From the IMG/VR virus record IMGVR_UViG_3300021092_000047, positions 1 to 59,539 of that record: a DNA stretch of 59,539 bases; one strand, written 5' to 3'. The translations under genes were made by a program, and so were the position numbers. Positions 45,202-55,301 of the stretch are shown here, one piece after another (within the stretch, counting starts at the first letter, position 1; each line of letters starts with the position of its first letter). The stretch comes from a virus (lineage: Duplodnaviria > Caudoviricetes). The notes under the pieces are model-generated. The model was not told where the DNA came from and did no database searches. It saw nothing but the letters and a program-made list of their open reading frames with translations.

Positions 45202-45777
45202 TCAATCAGCTCCTTGCTTTAATAGCGTTGTGAAGTATTTCAAAGCTTGACCTAAAAACGCACCGTTCGGTTGTCCATGACCCCGTTCACGACTGGCTAC
45301 GTGAGCCACAGCTCTTGGAAAACTTTGTGAGACTCTGGCGCGATATGCTCTTTCTGCTTGCATCATGTAATCAATTTGCAAAGGAAGAACCACATTATCA
45401 CCAACATTACCTGCATTTCCGGGCGTGTAGGCTGCAATCAACTGTTTTTCTGCTTCATCGGTTTGAAAAGCCTTATGGATTGCAATTAGGTCTTTTTCTG
45501 TCTGTAGTGCACCTTCCCACTTGGGAGTACTATCGTCAGATGGCTTTCCTTGATCGGCTTTTACGTCCGCGGTGTTTTCCGCAGAATGAGAACCTTCAGT
45601 CGCCTCTTCTGTACTAACTTCCGGTCGAAACCAAGGGACAGCATCACTAATAGTGCGCTGGAGGTATGCTTCTTCCTTTAGTTTCGCAAAATGTTCAATC
45701 ACTTTTTGCAGATTCTTGTCAATGACTGCTTTTTGTAATCCTGGCGTTGGCGGCGGCGGAAGTGCTGGTGTTGTCAT
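45202..45777 (-). CDS. hypothetical protein
   Basis: ORF in operon. Confidence 0.6.
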   Translation of the reverse strand: MTTPALPPPPTPGLQKAVIDKNLQKVIEHFAKLKEEAYLQRTISDAVPWFRPEVSTEEATEGSHSAENTADVKADQGKPSDDSTPKWEGALQTEKDLIAIHKAFQTDEAEKQLIAAYTPGNAGNVGDNVVLPLQIDYMMQAERAYRARVSQSFPRAVAHVASRERGHGQPNGAFLGQALKYFTTLLKQGAD

Positions 45778-45780
45778 TGG

Positions 45781-46521
45781 TTACTCGGCAATGAAAGGAG
45801 AAAGATCTTGTTCTTGGTTTAGTAACGCCTGTATGCGTGCTTTTCTTTGAGTGATTGCTCCAGGAGATCGTCCTAATACTTTTGCAATTTCTTGATTTGA
45901 GCGTTTAGATTGTCCGTTTAGTCCGAGAGACATCTCAAGAATTTTCTGATCTATAGGATTCAGATCTTGATGTACGATTTGAACCCATAAGTCAGAAGCT
46001 TCATTGTGAAAGCCGGGTAACCTACCAGCGGTGCCGCCAGACAACGGGTCGATTGTTTCAATTTGACCGGAAGTCATGCCAGGTTGGTAAGTTCGTATCT
46101 TAGTTAACCGCTGTGGGCTAACGCCTAACCGATTGGAAAGCTCAGTATCTGACGGCTCTCTTCCAAGCTCATCGGCCAATTCTTGTTGATAAGCCCTTAA
46201 TCGCTGACTTTCGAGCAAAATCTTTTCAGGGACGCGCAACACGTTGTGCTGTTGCTGTGTTACGCGACGCAAGCCTTGCATGTGAGTAAGCAAGTGCGAT
46301 TGTATTCTTGAACGCTTAGGGTCGTATTTGCGCATAGCGTCTAGCGCCATTAGTCGTCCGCGACTAGCCGATAACGGACTATCTCCTCCGTACATTTTAA
46401 TGCCCTTCTGAACGACAGGATCAATTGCCTGCAAAAATGCAGCATTACCTTCTGGCGTTTGATTTTGTTGCCAGGTTTCGTATGCCGGACGGTATTCGTC
46501 TTCAAGGTAATCGCCGTTCAT
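45781..46521 (-). CDS. RNA polymerase sigma-70 family factor
   Basis: AMRKYDPKR (region 2), LRVP, LGREPSDTELSNRLG (region 3), SNQEIAKVLGRSPGAITQR (region 4 HTH). Confidence 0.8.
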   Translation of the reverse strand: MNGDYLEDEYRPAYETWQQNQTPEGNAAFLQAIDPVVQKGIKMYGGDSPLSASRGRLMALDAMRKYDPKRSRIQSHLLTHMQGLRRVTQQQHNVLRVPEKILLESQRLRAYQQELADELGREPSDTELSNRLGVSPQRLTKIRTYQPGMTSGQIETIDPLSGGTAGRLPGFHNEASDLWVQIVHQDLNPIDQKILEMSLGLNGQSKRSNQEIAKVLGRSPGAITQRKARIQALLNQEQDLSPFIAE

Positions 46522-48299
46522 GAAACCACCGGAGGTAAAGAAAGTTCAGGAACAATAGGAGCGTACTTGAAATAGTTTTGCCCAAAAAAGGGATGTTCGT
46601 CTAGAGAAAAACGATCAGTCTCGTTTTCTTTAGCCGTCCGCAAATTTGTCAGTTCAAAAGTAGTCACAGCAGAAGCTTGTTCTGCGTTAATAGAAATTGT
46701 AACGCGCGCTACAAATCCCAGCATGTCTGTCGCTAAAGTATCCACGCCTGCGGATAGCTGGTTACCTTTTGCAGAAATCAATATCGTAGTTCCTGGAGCA
46801 ATATCAAATCTAAGCTTACCAACTAGCGTTCCTTCTCTACCGCGCAAAGCTTGAGTGGCATACATCATTTGAGCGTATTTGCTCATACCAGTGTTCCATT
46901 CTGGAACCTCAGAGCCTATATCTCTGTCGACAGCAATGTCATTTACGCCTACAGCATCGTGTGACACGTCGTTAAGTACTTTAGTCACATCAGCATCACC
47001 TGTAACTGCTTTAGGGTCAAAGTTAGCAAAATCTTCTAACCAAGGTGGTGCATTTACAAAAAGCCACATACCGTCAGTAACTGGCGGACCATTTTTAGCT
47101 GACGCAACAAAAGCAGCACCAACGCATTGTTTTGGGTCTTTGTCCGTTAATGTACCCATGATGTAATTTGCCATGACACCTACACCGTACAACGGTCTCT
47201 GGCTTTGTGCACTTAGGTTAAAGTCAGCATAGTCTCCCGGAAAAATTGTAGCCTGATGCTTCCGGGCCATTGGAAGAACAGGCGCTAAGATAGCCCCACG
47301 AGCCATGGGAATAATGCCAGCACCAAAACCAGGAAGTACAGAATAAATTAACGTTCCCCACATGCTTGTAGCGGCTATGGAGTTACCAATCTGACTGCTA
47401 ATGACTTTAGATGCTAATTGATAACCGTTACTAAACAACAATAAAGGACAAGCACTAGCATACGGAGCCATGTAACGGCTACTAGAAAACGTAGCAATTC
47501 CTTCCCAAGTACCGAATTGCTCAATAACATTCAAAGCCCGATTATTCGCTTCAATTAAACTTATCGGACCTGTCACTACATTTTTACACCAAATACCTTG
47601 GTCATGAGTTTGCAACTGATTGTTGCTGGCAATCCAATGTAGACTCTCTAAAATAGCATTACTGAAATTGCGTTCTAATAGTGGCGGTAAATCCTGACTA
47701 AGTTTAGTCTCTGCGGTCGTATAGTATGTACCTCCAGGGCCTGCTTCTAATATTCCTTGCATAAAAGAATGAGGCGCACCTGGAACAACATCTTTACTAC
47801 CACCAGAAGAGACTGATAGGTCGAAAAGTTTATTGACAAAGTTAACGATCATTGTCACACGACCAGCAGACCGCCTGTAAGTTAAACCAGAAACATATCC
47901 TTTGAAAATCACAGCATCCTTGCCCAGATCTTTTTCTCTTGCTTCCTGTGCTTTTTGCTGTACCTTTGCTTGCGGAAACTGCTTTCTAACTCCTCCAGTC
48001 CCACTGGTATCAAAGTCACCCAGCGCACCGCTCACCAAAATTTCAGCTTCTGCCATTTGTTTAATCAAGTTTACTATCTTATAGACAGAAGAATCGCTTT
48101 GTGTCCGCGCATCTCGACCTAAAGCGATTTGAGCACTAGCTGTTGGAATATCATTAAGGCCGTACGTAATGCTTATTTGTGATGCAGGCAAAAAAAATCC
48201 AGCTACTTTAACCTTAACCTCAGCGCCTGCAGTAACTAAGCCTATTTCATTTGTATTGCCAGATAGATCAACAAGAGCCCAGCTACCTGCTTGAGACAT
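46518..48299 (-). CDS. putative baseplate hub protein
   Basis: Beta-rich, YGLNDIPTA...IFKGYV...GKLRFDIAPG; follows tape measure. Confidence 0.5.
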   Translation of the reverse strand: MSQAGSWALVDLSGNTNEIGLVTAGAEVKVKVAGFFLPASQISITYGLNDIPTASAQIALGRDARTQSDSSVYKIVNLIKQMAEAEILVSGALGDFDTSGTGGVRKQFPQAKVQQKAQEAREKDLGKDAVIFKGYVSGLTYRRSAGRVTMIVNFVNKLFDLSVSSGGSKDVVPGAPHSFMQGILEAGPGGTYYTTAETKLSQDLPPLLERNFSNAILESLHWIASNNQLQTHDQGIWCKNVVTGPISLIEANNRALNVIEQFGTWEGIATFSSSRYMAPYASACPLLLFSNGYQLASKVISSQIGNSIAATSMWGTLIYSVLPGFGAGIIPMARGAILAPVLPMARKHQATIFPGDYADFNLSAQSQRPLYGVGVMANYIMGTLTDKDPKQCVGAAFVASAKNGPPVTDGMWLFVNAPPWLEDFANFDPKAVTGDADVTKVLNDVSHDAVGVNDIAVDRDIGSEVPEWNTGMSKYAQMMYATQALRGREGTLVGKLRFDIAPGTTILISAKGNQLSAGVDTLATDMLGFVARVTISINAEQASAVTTFELTNLRTAKENETDRFSLDEHPFFGQNYFKYAPIVPELSLPPVVS

Positions 48300-49083
48300 T
48301 ACGTAACTCCTCGGTTCGATAGATTAGCGCCAAAACCAAACCGCCAAGCTGGTAAGCAAATTCTGGATGTTTGTTCCAGCAGTTACGAAACGTGACAAAA
48401 GGCTCTACATCGGCAACTCCAAATAGCTGCAATAAGTAAGGTTCACCAATGCTGCGTAACCCTTGAGCTATCTCTCCTAATGAAAAGGTCGGACGTAAAA
48501 ATCCGCGGATAGCCCAACGTGCTGGATTAACTGTGTTAACTCGAAAGCTGTACCCAGAATAAGGTAATGCGATTATTTGACTCAAGCTGTTTGTCAGCAC
48601 AACAGGTTCAGTGGTTGTTGTCGCAGGAAAACTTAAGCGTTGTACGGTAACATCTCCGTCTGCAATCTCCACTTGAAACTGGTACATAGACTGCCCGCTA
48701 GCGTCTGGCGATATTGTGCTGCCAAGTAAGGTAAGTTGCCCCGTTCCTTGTGTACGTTTTATTCTGGGTTGAAACAAATTTTCGTGAATCAAGTCACGCG
48801 AAACATCGTAGGTCAATCTTGGATCTAACGCTGACACATAATATTGCAATTCAGTCGCTGCAATTAGTTGTAGAAGCTGGGCTGTTCTGTAATTCAGCAT
48901 AGCCCTATCGGGGCTAGCGCCAAACAAACGCATGCGAAAAATATCCAAGTAAGTCGGTAACTCTATTTGAGCATAATCAGCAGGAATCAATTCATCTCCA
49001 GGATAATCTGGAAAATAACCGCTAGTACCTGACAGATTTACGAGTAACGTACGAGCATGATTGAACATATAAATCCTCGTCAA
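48283..49083 (-). CDS. hypothetical structural protein
   Basis: Coupled ORF in tail operon. Confidence 0.6.
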   Translation of the reverse strand: MTRIYMFNHARTLLVNLSGTSGYFPDYPGDELIPADYAQIELPTYLDIFRMRLFGASPDRAMLNYRTAQLLQLIAATELQYYVSALDPRLTYDVSRDLIHENLFQPRIKRTQGTGQLTLLGSTISPDASGQSMYQFQVEIADGDVTVQRLSFPATTTTEPVVLTNSLSQIIALPYSGYSFRVNTVNPARWAIRGFLRPTFSLGEIAQGLRSIGEPYLLQLFGVADVEPFVTFRNCWNKHPEFAYQLGGLVLALIYRTEELRNVSSR

Positions 49084-49598
49084 ACTCCAGGCAGCGTCGC
49101 AAGAGTCAATTGGAACTGAATAGTACGATGCAGTGGGTCTTGTACATCACCACTAAGCGCAGTCAAAAAACCTTCAAAAGATGAGTCTAAACCAATAGTT
49201 GCAGTTATCGGTAACTTACGCGCCGCAATTCTATTCCTTTTGTACCATTCATAAAGAAGCTGAAAACCGTGTTTTGAATCTTGCGCCCCTATAAATGCTT
49301 GTTGCGTATTTTGTGCTCCCCGTACAGCTTGAGGACAAGCTTGAGCAAAGCTTAAACCGTGTAGCACAATTTGCCCCATGCGATCGCCAAAAACATAAAC
49401 ATACACATCGTTTCCAACAGTATGCAAAAATTGAAAGTTACCTGCGGCAGATAGGCCTATTCGAGTAATAATTGTCTTTTGTAAGACGTAGCTAATTTCC
49501 TCATCTCCTTCAACTCTTCCAAGAGATATCGAACCGGCAGCTACTTCGTCTGTAACCGCGCTAACTCTTCCAGCGTTTTGTGAAAATACTACAGGCAT
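49080..49598 (-). CDS. putative tail tube initiator-like protein
   Basis: YVYVFGDRMGQIVLHG; immediately after tape measure. Confidence 0.45.
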   Translation of the reverse strand: MPVVFSQNAGRVSAVTDEVAAGSISLGRVEGDEEISYVLQKTIITRIGLSAAGNFQFLHTVGNDVYVYVFGDRMGQIVLHGLSFAQACPQAVRGAQNTQQAFIGAQDSKHGFQLLYEWYKRNRIAARKLPITATIGLDSSFEGFLTALSGDVQDPLHRTIQFQLTLATLPGV

Positions 49599-49611
49599 TT
49601 TGGTTCCTTAT

Positions 49612-52600
49612 TTACCTCGAAGGGTAGACACCTGAAAGTTCGCCAACATTAGCTACGCCGGTAATGTCCCCTCTGACTTCAATTGTACCGGTCAAACGCA
49701 TGGTTCGCTCTTCTTCTTTTTTGACTTCTTCTTCAACGTTACGGCCGCTAACAGATTTCAACCCTTCTTCAAGTCGCTTGGTGTCAAACTTGTTTTCACC
49801 CGCCAAGTCCAAGAACTCTGTTTGCTTCATCATTCGCTCAAGCTGCTGTTCGTCTAAGCCATACTTCTTCGCTAGTGCTTTTTTGTCTTCAACAGTTTTA
49901 GTTGCAGCATACTCATCAGTAATTTGATTGAGTCTGTCACCTTTACTCATACCCTTTTCAAACAGTAGATTTCCATCTTTGTCCTTTGTAGATGCATCAA
50001 TCTTGCCGACTTGCTCTAGTACGTTAGAAACCATTTGCAGATTTCTCTCGTTACTCTTACCGCCAAGATTGACCTTATCTCTAAACGCTTGACGATCTTC
50101 TTTTGTAGTTAAGCCTAAATCGTCTGCCAGTTTGTTTAGGCTTTCATTGCCCAGATCTTTTTCTCTTGCTTCCTGTGCTTCTTGCTGTACCTTTTCTTCA
50201 AGCTGCCGCATGGTTTCTAACTTTTCGTCAATCTGTTTTTCGCTCATACCAGAAGCAAGCATAGAGTCTTGCTGCGCCATGTACTCTGTTCGTCGCTTCT
50301 CAAGTAGTTCAACTTGCCCTTGGTTATCTAATCGAGTGTGGTAGATTGCAACGTCTTCTTTTTTAGAGCTATCCAGTCCCAGAGCTTTCATGCGTTCGGC
50401 TTTTTTCTCCTCGCCTGCTTTGATCGCAGCACGACTAAGTTCTACTTGTGTCTGCGCGTTGGAATCCAGTGGCATAGCTTTTAACGCATCTTCTTCTGCG
50501 CGTTTAAGTTTATGCTTATCTGCGTAAAGCTTGTTGTTTTCATCTCTCGCATTTTTCAATTCCTCCGTACTGTCGAACATTCGGAGGTTAGGATCAATGT
50601 CCTTTTCACCGCGTACCATTTTCTTATAGTCTTCTTCAGATACTCCAAGACGTGTTGCAGCGTCCTTGTCATCACGTGTATCTGCTTTAGCCATCGTTTC
50701 CAGAGAACCTAGCTGTTCTTTTGTCAGCCCAGTTAGTCCCTTCATACCTTCAGCCATTTCAACCAGTTTTTTGTTTTCTGGTGACATCTGGCTTGTATCA
50801 ATCTTTTCTCCAGCAGCAATACGAGCTGAAAGGTCTTTAAGATCAAGACCAGACTCGTCAAGTTTAACGTCACTAAGAGATGCCGCTGATTCAAGTGCCT
50901 GAAGGCCTGCTGCTTGTTCTTCAGTAGCAGTTCCTTCAAACAGTCGGTTTGCTTTTTCTTGTACCGCTTCCGTAGGTTTCAACAGATTGGCATATGTTTG
51001 ATCCGCAGCTCCGCCCATAGTTTTATGCGCCGAAGTCATGGTGTCTTTAGCATCTTTAGCTTGCAGCGCTATGTAGTTTCTGTAATTAGCTTCAGTCAAA
51101 TTAGCGCTATCACCAACGTCAATCCCTTCAGCTTTCAACCTTGCCGCAATCTTATCTTTTTGTTCGGTCGTTAAATCTCTAAACTCTTCGTTTGCTTTAA
51201 CAATACCTTCGTCTGTCATGGCCACGCCGCCCGACACAAGCATACTTCCCACACTACTGCCGTAATAACGATTTGCTAACGTTTGAAGCTCTTCTTCTGC
51301 TTGTTGGCTTTGCGTTACAGCCAACATGCCTCGAGCACCGCCACGTGCGATAACTTTATCGTCAGACAAATACTCACGTCGCTTGTCTGTAAGTACAGCC
51401 AAGTTCTGTTCTGTTACTTTCATTTGCTCTATCCCTTCGGACTGCCGCAAAAAAGCACGCGCTATCTCTCGTTTCTTTTCAATGTCAGCCGCATCAACCC
51501 CATAAAACTGCTGTTGCTGCTGTTGATCAAGGTATTTAAAAACAAGATTAGCTCGCTCTTCTGGCTTTACTGCAGCAAGCTTATTGCGTAATTCAGCGGG
51601 CAAGGAAGCCATTTTTGCCGGATCAGTGAGCAGTGTTTCCTTCTCACCAAGTTGTCCCAACGCACGCAATTGGTTTTCAGCTAACAACTGATCTTCGGCT
51701 TGATTTTCGAGCTGACGCTCTGTCTTCAAGTAATCTCGCTTTTCCGTCTCATTTAACTTGTCAATTTCTTCTTGCGTCTTTTTTGCTTGACCTTCGCCTC
51801 GACTGCGAAATTCATCGACTCGATCCTTCAATTGCTGATCGGTCGGAACCATATCAATATTAGCTCGGCGGCTGCGAATTATTGTGTCAACACTTTCAGC
51901 ATCAGCCAGATCAGCAACAGTTACATTCTCACCTAATGCTTCTCGTTTTTTGGCTGCAATTTCCTCTACCGTACTTACACCGGCTCGAAGCTTTTCTCGC
52001 ACTAGTGCACGAGCTTTTTCGGGAGTACTTCCTTCCCGAATAGCCGCATCGTAGACTTCTTTTGCCTCTGGCGACATGACGTTCTCAGCCGCTTTATCGG
52101 CTTCTGCTAAGGCTTTTTGCCGATCTGCAACCGCTAAAGTCCTAAGGTCTGCGTCTGTTACTTTGGTCTTAGTTGCGGCTAGTCGCTCTTCGTCACTTAC
52201 TGTTCCGGTCACAGACATAGCACGAACTTGGCTCATTCGATTAAGCTGTTCGAGTTCATTTGCTGCTCTATTTCCTTCCGCAACATCTGCTTTGTTATAT
52301 GTGTTTTCCTGATCTATCAGCCCCAAGCTTGTTGCAACATCGCGCGTCTGTGCAACCTTAGCGGTAAGTTTTTTGTTCTCCTCTGTAATTTGAAGTTGAA
52401 GCTCAGCTCGCTTAGCAGGGTCTGCACCTTCCAGTTGTGCTGTAAGATTTTCAACCTTGTCTTCTTGTTCTTTTACTTCTCGCATTACAGGCGTAAGCTT
52501 TTCTGCTGCTTGAGCCATATCCGCAGCAAACATATCGCCTAACAATGTACTTATGTCTGCGGTTGTACCTCGATCACCTTGTTTTTGTAGTGCCGTAAAC

Positions 52601-54768
52601 AACCGTTGAATAATACCGCCCTTCGGTCCCATACCAGACATGGCTTCGTTCAGGCCAGCCTGTGCTGCTACAATTGCCTGCTTTTCTGCCCGACTTTCAC
52701 GAACGGTTTTGCTGTTGACCTGTGCGTAACTAGTAGCGTTATACTCAAACTTACCTAATGTGTTTTCGCGCTGACCAAAACTAATAGCTGCCATGTTCAA
52801 AGCATCTTTTTCTTCAAGTATCATGCCTTGGCTAGCTGCTTCTGCCATTAATGCTTCAGCAACTATTTGATTTCTTTGTTTTGGATCTTGCAACTGCTCC
52901 ATCGTTAAATCATCAAATGCAGCAGTAGCGGTACGTCCCAATGCTTTAGCTACACGTCTTTGATCGTTTGAGTCTGCGAACTGCCTTTCAATTTCGTCGT
53001 TGGTAAGTAGTACGTTTGCCGTTTCCTTTTCCAATTGTCGAGTAATTTCATGCGGCTGCTGACGATATGCTGCCATTTGTCGTTCTTGATTTGTAGCTAA
53101 TGCTCGGATGTTTGAGGTACGTTGCATGAGCATCTGATTGAATTCACCGGCACCCATACCTGAAATAGCACCACGACCTATAATTGCTCGAAACTCTTCT
53201 TCACGAGTTGGTGTTTGTCGCGTAACTGCATTTCCGGCGTCATCCATGAAAGTGTAAGTTGCAGCGCCCGCATCAGAAGCAGCTAAAACTGCTTTCATTT
53301 CGCGACCAGCTGCGTTATCTGCAAATCCGCCAGCTTCTTCGATACGGGTTAATGCACCTAACGCGTTTGCCATTTGAGAACCCATACCGCGGCTAAACAT
53401 ATTCATTGCAGTTTGCTCTGCTTGCTCTCTGGATAGAGCTCCAAAACCGGTGGCTCCGCCGCTTTCAGAAAAAGCCATACCTGTAGTCACACCGACATTT
53501 GTTGCAGCCTGATTAAAGTGAACACCATGCTGTCCAAGGATTTGAGTATTGGCTGCGTTAGCTGCCTGATTCATCATCAGTAACTGGTCAATACTTTTAC
53601 CAGACATCTGGCTCATGGCCTGCATGTCTCGAACCATTGTGTTTAATTGATTAGCGTCAAACTTTTGCATCTGCCCTGATGTTAACGCTTTCAACGCATT
53701 GATCAGTTGTGGAACAGGAGCATTAGGATTTCCATTCTCACCGAATACTTCACGCATAGCAGAGATGGAAGACACATAACCTTGAAGCTGATCTGTGATT
53801 TGACGTGCATCTGATTGTGTCAACCTTGACTGAATACCTTTGTTTTGTCGTAGATTCATCAAATCTTGGTTAGAGAGTGACTCAAGATTTTGATTAGCAC
53901 CTAGCTTAACTCCTTGCTCGTTAGCTATTGCCGTTAGATCGACACCCTCGTCACGAGCACGTTGTAATGTTTCAATTGTCCTGGCTCGTAACCCACCGCG
54001 AGGTCCAACTAAACCTTCAGGCGCTAGTTGTCGATACATCTGACCAACATCACCTGCTCGCAAGCCTTGCATGCGAGCCATGTTGTCATCTGCAAACATG
54101 GTTCCAAAAACCTGTTCCACCATGTCTCGGTTAGCAGCTACACCGTAACCCATGCGCCCTGTGACGGGGTCTACTCGATAACGATTAGTCTCAAGCATTT
54201 GTGACGCCATTGCCTGAACGCTACCTCGTTCACCTGCAATCGCATCCGCAAATTCAGGGGCAAACATAGCTAAATTAGGCATGTATCCTGCTGCTGTTGC
54301 TGCAAAATTTCTAGCCGCGGCTTGTTGTTCGCGGTTAAATGGCATGCCTGCCATAGCTGCGGCTCCGCGAAGCGTTCTGTAAATTCCTTCGGTGTCTTGC
54401 GAAGAAACTGCCTGCGCCACTTGCTGTCGCATATTCAAATGCTCTCGCGTTCGATACGCCTGCATGTACGAACCGGCATTACCTATAGGCAGTATCCCTT
54501 GTTGCTGCATCGTACCAGTAAGCGCAACATTACCGGCAATATGGGCAAGTGTGCCAAGCAACCCGTACTGCTGCAAATTTAACGGAGCAATTGGCGAGAC
54601 ATCCGGTAACGTATTTCCAGCTATGGGAGGAGCGTAAGCTGTCTGCGCCATCTGCATCAGCATGTTGGCTCCACCGGTTGTTGCGGGAGCATAAAGCCCT
54701 GGAAACATTCCTGGCGTGCCAACCCTAGACGCTTCTTGCATCATTTGCAGTTGGAATGGATCCATCAT
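49612..54768 (-). CDS. tail tape measure protein
   Basis: 1718 aa, Ala/Gln/Glu-rich helical; preceded by a chaperone pair. Confidence 0.75.
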   Translation of the reverse strand: MMDPFQLQMMQEASRVGTPGMFPGLYAPATTGGANMLMQMAQTAYAPPIAGNTLPDVSPIAPLNLQQYGLLGTLAHIAGNVALTGTMQQQGILPIGNAGSYMQAYRTREHLNMRQQVAQAVSSQDTEGIYRTLRGAAAMAGMPFNREQQAAARNFAATAAGYMPNLAMFAPEFADAIAGERGSVQAMASQMLETNRYRVDPVTGRMGYGVAANRDMVEQVFGTMFADDNMARMQGLRAGDVGQMYRQLAPEGLVGPRGGLRARTIETLQRARDEGVDLTAIANEQGVKLGANQNLESLSNQDLMNLRQNKGIQSRLTQSDARQITDQLQGYVSSISAMREVFGENGNPNAPVPQLINALKALTSGQMQKFDANQLNTMVRDMQAMSQMSGKSIDQLLMMNQAANAANTQILGQHGVHFNQAATNVGVTTGMAFSESGGATGFGALSREQAEQTAMNMFSRGMGSQMANALGALTRIEEAGGFADNAAGREMKAVLAASDAGAATYTFMDDAGNAVTRQTPTREEEFRAIIGRGAISGMGAGEFNQMLMQRTSNIRALATNQERQMAAYRQQPHEITRQLEKETANVLLTNDEIERQFADSNDQRRVAKALGRTATAAFDDLTMEQLQDPKQRNQIVAEALMAEAASQGMILEEKDALNMAAISFGQRENTLGKFEYNATSYAQVNSKTVRESRAEKQAIVAAQAGLNEAMSGMGPKGGIIQRLFTALQKQGDRGTTADISTLLGDMFAADMAQAAEKLTPVMREVKEQEDKVENLTAQLEGADPAKRAELQLQITEENKKLTAKVAQTRDVATSLGLIDQENTYNKADVAEGNRAANELEQLNRMSQVRAMSVTGTVSDEERLAATKTKVTDADLRTLAVADRQKALAEADKAAENVMSPEAKEVYDAAIREGSTPEKARALVREKLRAGVSTVEEIAAKKREALGENVTVADLADAESVDTIIRSRRANIDMVPTDQQLKDRVDEFRSRGEGQAKKTQEEIDKLNETEKRDYLKTERQLENQAEDQLLAENQLRALGQLGEKETLLTDPAKMASLPAELRNKLAAVKPEERANLVFKYLDQQQQQQFYGVDAADIEKKREIARAFLRQSEGIEQMKVTEQNLAVLTDKRREYLSDDKVIARGGARGMLAVTQSQQAEEELQTLANRYYGSSVGSMLVSGGVAMTDEGIVKANEEFRDLTTEQKDKIAARLKAEGIDVGDSANLTEANYRNYIALQAKDAKDTMTSAHKTMGGAADQTYANLLKPTEAVQEKANRLFEGTATEEQAAGLQALESAASLSDVKLDESGLDLKDLSARIAAGEKIDTSQMSPENKKLVEMAEGMKGLTGLTKEQLGSLETMAKADTRDDKDAATRLGVSEEDYKKMVRGEKDIDPNLRMFDSTEELKNARDENNKLYADKHKLKRAEEDALKAMPLDSNAQTQVELSRAAIKAGEEKKAERMKALGLDSSKKEDVAIYHTRLDNQGQVELLEKRRTEYMAQQDSMLASGMSEKQIDEKLETMRQLEEKVQQEAQEAREKDLGNESLNKLADDLGLTTKEDRQAFRDKVNLGGKSNERNLQMVSNVLEQVGKIDASTKDKDGNLLFEKGMSKGDRLNQITDEYAATKTVEDKKALAKKYGLDEQQLERMMKQTEFLDLAGENKFDTKRLEEGLKSVSGRNVEEEVKKEEERTMRLTGTIEVRGDITGVANVGELSGVYPSR

Positions 54769-55301
54769 TGTTTGCGTCCCTGCTGGTTAAATCGTTTCAA
54801 TCGAATTTCTTCTGCCTTGCGACGAAAAGCTTCTTGCCGATCTTTCTCTTCTTGTTTTGACTTTGCGAAGGCTTCAGCGCTGGCGCTAGTTAAATTTTTG
54901 ATTTCTTCAGCCCATTTAGCTACTGCCAATTTATCTGAAAGATCAAAACCTGCCATCTCTTGCCATAGTTCTCGGACAATCTGGTTTTGTTGTTGCTTAC
55001 GTTCTTCGCGACTACGTCCATGCCAAGGCCGTAAACAACCTTCCATGTCTGCAAAAATTTCCTTTGCTTCTTTTTGTGTAGCACTAAAGTCATCGGCTGA
55101 GATACGTGGATTTGAGACCAGAGCTAACTGAAATTGGAACATGTCGCCAAGAAGTTTTTCATAACTTTTCTCGTCAAGTGTTCTAATCAGGTATCTCCAT
55201 CGCTTCCACCACATCGGACTGTGCCAATCAGCATCTCGATAGTCGATGATGCCGAGCACCGCCGAACGTAGTGTTAGTGCCGCGGCTCGGTCTCGTTCCA
55301 A
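54765..55301 (-). CDS. tail assembly chaperone, frameshift extension (gpT-like)
   Basis: -1 frame relative to the upstream ORF, begins at a slippery site, no clear RBS. Confidence 0.6.
   Translation of the reverse strand: MERDRAAALTLRSAVLGIIDYRDADWHSPMWWKRWRYLIRTLDEKSYEKLLGDMFQFQLALVSNPRISADDFSATQKEAKEIFADMEGCLRPWHGRSREERKQQQNQIVRELWQEMAGFDLSDKLAVAKWAEEIKNLTSASAEAFAKSKQEEKDRQEAFRRKAEEIRLKRFNQQGRKQ

Noticed and set aside
47920-50194. Diversity-generating retroelement TR/VR pair
   Set aside because: Repeat is only 48 nt with one mismatch, both copies are coding and mid-gene, and no reverse transcriptase is in the window
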